A stretch of 25,009 nt of DNA, taken from positions 1-25,009 of the forward strand of contig NW_021836110.1 in the NCBI RefSeq assembly GCF_006345805.1, in the 5' to 3' direction. The translations under genes were made by a program, and so were the position numbers. The stretch comes from Octopus sinensis (lineage: Eukaryota). Of the stretch, positions 22,297 through 25,009 are shown one piece after another. Under the pieces are notes generated by a model. It worked only from the letters and a program-made list of their open reading frames with translations, had not been told where the DNA came from and made no database searches. Numbering within the stretch: position 1 is the stretch's first letter; each line of letters begins with the position of its first letter.

Positions 22297-22297
<1 letters not shown>
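22084..22297 (-). mobile_element. 5'-truncated R4/Dong-like non-LTR retrotransposon (C-terminal coding stub plus 3' UTR)
   Basis: IFRQIHNKTPGLTNTYNIQKIALLGTAHILRRTLSIQ* (stop at 22182-22184) resembles the QK..LLGTA.ILR C-terminus of restriction-like-endonuclease elements of the R4/Dong clade; bounded by (TAA)n on both sides. Confidence 0.72.
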
Positions 22298-22327
<30 letters not shown>

Positions 22328-22332
22328 TATTA

Positions 22333-22389
<57 letters not shown>
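22298..22389. repeat. (ATT)n microsatellite
   Basis: Direct reading of the sequence. Confidence 0.95.
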
Positions 22390-22393
<4 letters not shown>

Positions 22394-22588
22394 GGCGGCG
22401 AGCTGGCAGAATCGTTAGCATGCCGGGCGAAAGTCTGTCGCTACATTTCGAGTTCAAATTCTGCCAACGTTGACTTTGCCTTTCATCCTTTCGGGGTCGA
22501 TAAAATAAGTAGCAGTTGAACACTGGGGTCGATTTAATCGACTCTTCCCCAACCTCCTCCAAGCTGTCCTTGTGGCAAAAATTTGAAA
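22390..22588 (+). mobile_element. SINE family A variant with an internal deletion and a different 3' tail
   Basis: Same head and core. After aatcgact it continues cttccccaacctcctccaagctgtccttgtggcaaaaatttgaaa(taa)n instead of the tail seen in the other copies. Confidence 0.85.
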
Positions 22589-22642
22589 TAATAATAAGAA
22601 AAATAATAATTATTATTATTATGATGATGATGATGATGATGA

Positions 22643-22709
<67 letters not shown>
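22589..22709. repeat. (AAT)n/(GAT)n/(ATT)n microsatellite
   Basis: Direct reading of the sequence. Confidence 0.93.
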
Positions 22710-23211
22710 CGCTTCAGCTGGAGATGTGTATTTAGAGCGCTGTAAGTTTATAACTAATTCACTTGTTTAAAAAGGTTCTATACTGTATTTTGTTGTTCAA
22801 ATCTTTTTGCAATCCAGCTACCCTTCTGGGAGGTTGACGTTTGTTAACCAAAGCCCTTTTTTGGGGGGTGATACAAATCTTTTTGTTTTCAAATTTCTTC
22901 GGAAATTGGCTTCGAAGAAAATAAACATTGAATATAGCGGCGAAAAGTGGGAGTGAAGAAGGAAGGTGGCACGGCAATTTGCACGAAGACTTCCCCGTCC
23001 TCTCCACCATGATTGGCAGTAGACAGCAGGAAGAAAAGAAGGAAGAAAAAGAAGAATCAAGAAGAAGAGTCAAGAAAAGAAGAAAGAAGATGAAAAGCAG
23101 AAAGAAGGCGAGAGAAAGGAAGGAGTAAAGTCTTCCTCATTACATGGATATCGCAGTAGCACGAAGAACAACACGGAAAGAAAGTGTGGTGAAGAATCTA
23201 AGAAAAATGGA

Positions 23212-24050
23212 GTGAGCGGCGGGAAAAAAGACTTTTGCAAATATCACGGCAGCAAGAGATTGGTTAGCATCTCATTGGGGAACAAAATAGAAAAGCTAAA
23301 CAAGGCAGCAAAATATATCAAAATGAAAGGAAGGATGCCAGAGTTGATACTTCCACGTGACGTGCTTAACGCAACAGCCAAACGGAGAGTTGTCTACAGG
23401 AGCGTGAACACAAAGACAAGGAACCTCGAAGATGCTAAACGCGGCCAGGTGGGAAAAGCCTTCAAAGACATATGGCAGGATATCCACCACATTAAGCGGC
23501 GAGCTGGCAGAAACGTTAGCACGCCGGGCGAAATGCGTAGCCGTATTTAGTCTGCCGTTATGTACTGAGTTCAAATTCCGATGCGGTCCACTTTGCCTTT
23601 CATCCTTTCAGGGTCGATTAAATAAGTACCACTTACGCACTGGGGTCCATATAATCGACTTAATCCGTCTGTCTGTCCTTGTTTCTCCTCTCTGTGTTTA
23701 GCCCTTTGTGGGTAGTAAAGAAATAGATATCCACCACATCGCGAGAGCGAGGCAGTACGGTAGAATAGAGGTCCTTTTTATGACCGAGGGGCGATACAGA
23801 CCTCGGTAACCACGCATAGCACCAAAGAGATCGTCCACTTCCCAACGTACATGAGAAGAAGGCCAGTTCGAATTACGGTACCTGGTATCCCATGATGGAT
23901 TCTCATCTATATTTGCACGGACGGGGGAGATAATCTCCTAGATGTTAGAAGATTGAGGAGGGAGGATTGGGTTGGAATTACCTTGGAGGTTCTTCTCCAC
24001 GTCAAGCCAAAGAAGTTAGAGTAGGTCCCAGACCTGATTTCCTTTTTGAA
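23212..24050 (+). pseudogene. Decayed retrotransposon ORF1-like coding region, split by a SINE, with a frameshift and stops
   Basis: Removing the SINE and one TSD gives ...KAFKDIWQDIHHIARARQYGRIEVLFMTE in frame. After a 1-nt frameshift it reads AIQTSVTTHSTKEIVHFPTYMRRRPVRITVPGIP*WILIYICTDGGDNLLDVRRLRREDWVGITLEVLLHVKPKKLE*VPDLISF. The ORF1 assignment is inference. Confidence 0.5.
23493..23725 (+). mobile_element. SINE family A, full length, with 14-bp TSD
   Basis: Exact gatatccaccacat at 23479-23492 and 23726-23739. Confidence 0.95.
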
Positions 24051-24342
24051 GGGTGAACGTGGAGAGCAGAAGGTTAAACAGTAATTCCGTTTACGTTTGT
24101 GTAACTGAGATATTTTGGTTGGATTATATAGTCATTGGTGTTACATTACTTTATATAACTTTTATAAAGTTGTTTTACAGCTTTTGTAAAGGCCTATTCG
24201 CATCTATTTTTCGGTCAATTTCAACGGTGAAGTTCCAGAGGAGTGAGATGTGATCACTTTCAAGCGCTGGAGGTGGTTTGTGTTCCCACCAGTTTTTATC
24301 ACGGGGCAGGTCCAGGTGTTTGCAAATTTCCCAGTGAATATA

Positions 24343-24513
24343 GGCGCAGGAGTGGCTGTGTTGTAAGTAGCTTGCTAACCAACCACATGGTTCCGGGTTC
24401 AGTCCCACTGCGTGGCAGCTTGGGCAAGTGTCTTCTGCTATAGCCCCGGGTCGACTAATGCCTTGTGAGTGGATTTGGTAGACGGAAACTGAAAGAAGCC
24501 TGTCGTATATATG

Positions 24514-24566
<53 letters not shown>

Positions 24567-24798
24567 GTGTGTGTGTGTGTGTTTGTAAGTCTGTGTTTGT
24601 CCCCCTAGCATTGCTTGACAACCGATGCTGGTGTGTTTACGTTCCCGTCACTTAGCGGTTCGGCAAAAAAGACCGATAGAATAAGTACTGGGCTTACAAA
24701 GAATAAATCCCGGGGTCGATTTGCTCGACTAAAGGCGGTGCTCCAGCATGGCCGCAGTCAAATGACTGAAACAAGTAAAAGAAAAGAAAAGAATAAAA
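24343..24798 (+). mobile_element. tRNA-derived SINE family C with an internal (TA)n(TG)n microsatellite
   Basis: A-box-like tggctgtgttg, B-box-like gggttcagtccc, CORE-like cttgggcaagtgtctt, internal microsatellite at about 24505-24582, aaaaga tail; candidate 7-bp TSD gaatata (24336-24342 and 24799-24805). Confidence 0.85.
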
Positions 24799-24937
24799 GA
24801 ATATACCGTGCTGCTCTATCATGCCTGTTATTACTTACTACCTGCAGATTACGGTACCATGCTGTTTACTCTTTTCACCTGTCTGATACTTTTCTGATTC
24901 TTTTGGCCGTGTCAAGAAGGTAAAACTTTTGTAACTC

Positions 24938-25009
24938 TCTTCTTCTTCTTCGTCTTCTTCTTCTTCTTCTTCTTCTTATTCTTCTTCTTCTTCTTCTTCT
25001 TCTTCTTCT
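24938..25009. repeat. (TCT)n microsatellite, runs off the window
   Basis: Direct reading of the sequence. Confidence 0.95.

Noticed and set aside
1-25009. CRISPR array, rRNA or prokaryotic operon
   Set aside because: There are no regularly spaced repeat-spacer units and no gene-dense coding sequence; the recurring sequences are dispersed SINEs.

Overview
AT-rich, repeat-saturated eukaryotic non-coding DNA. The SINE families and microsatellite load resemble an Octopus-like cephalopod genome; this is recalled from memory and unverified. I can support no intact host gene: nearly all ORF-track entries are translations of microsatellites or antisense SINE sequence. The window holds many microsatellite fields and three groups of tRNA-derived SINEs, several with clear target-site duplications (TSDs). 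It also holds two MITEs, a mariner transposase relic, an R4/Dong-like retrotransposon 3' stub inside (TAA)n, and a decayed LINE ORF1-like reading frame split by a SINE. The most interesting signal is a non-coding element at about 11259-11836 (-). It carries a Penelope-type minimal hammerhead ribozyme motif and apparently a Pol III B-box head, and its terminus recurs at 20896-20948 as part of a palindrome. A second, hammerhead-like core lies antisense in the 3' tail of SINE family B. All structures and translations were read by eye, and repeat boundaries are approximate.
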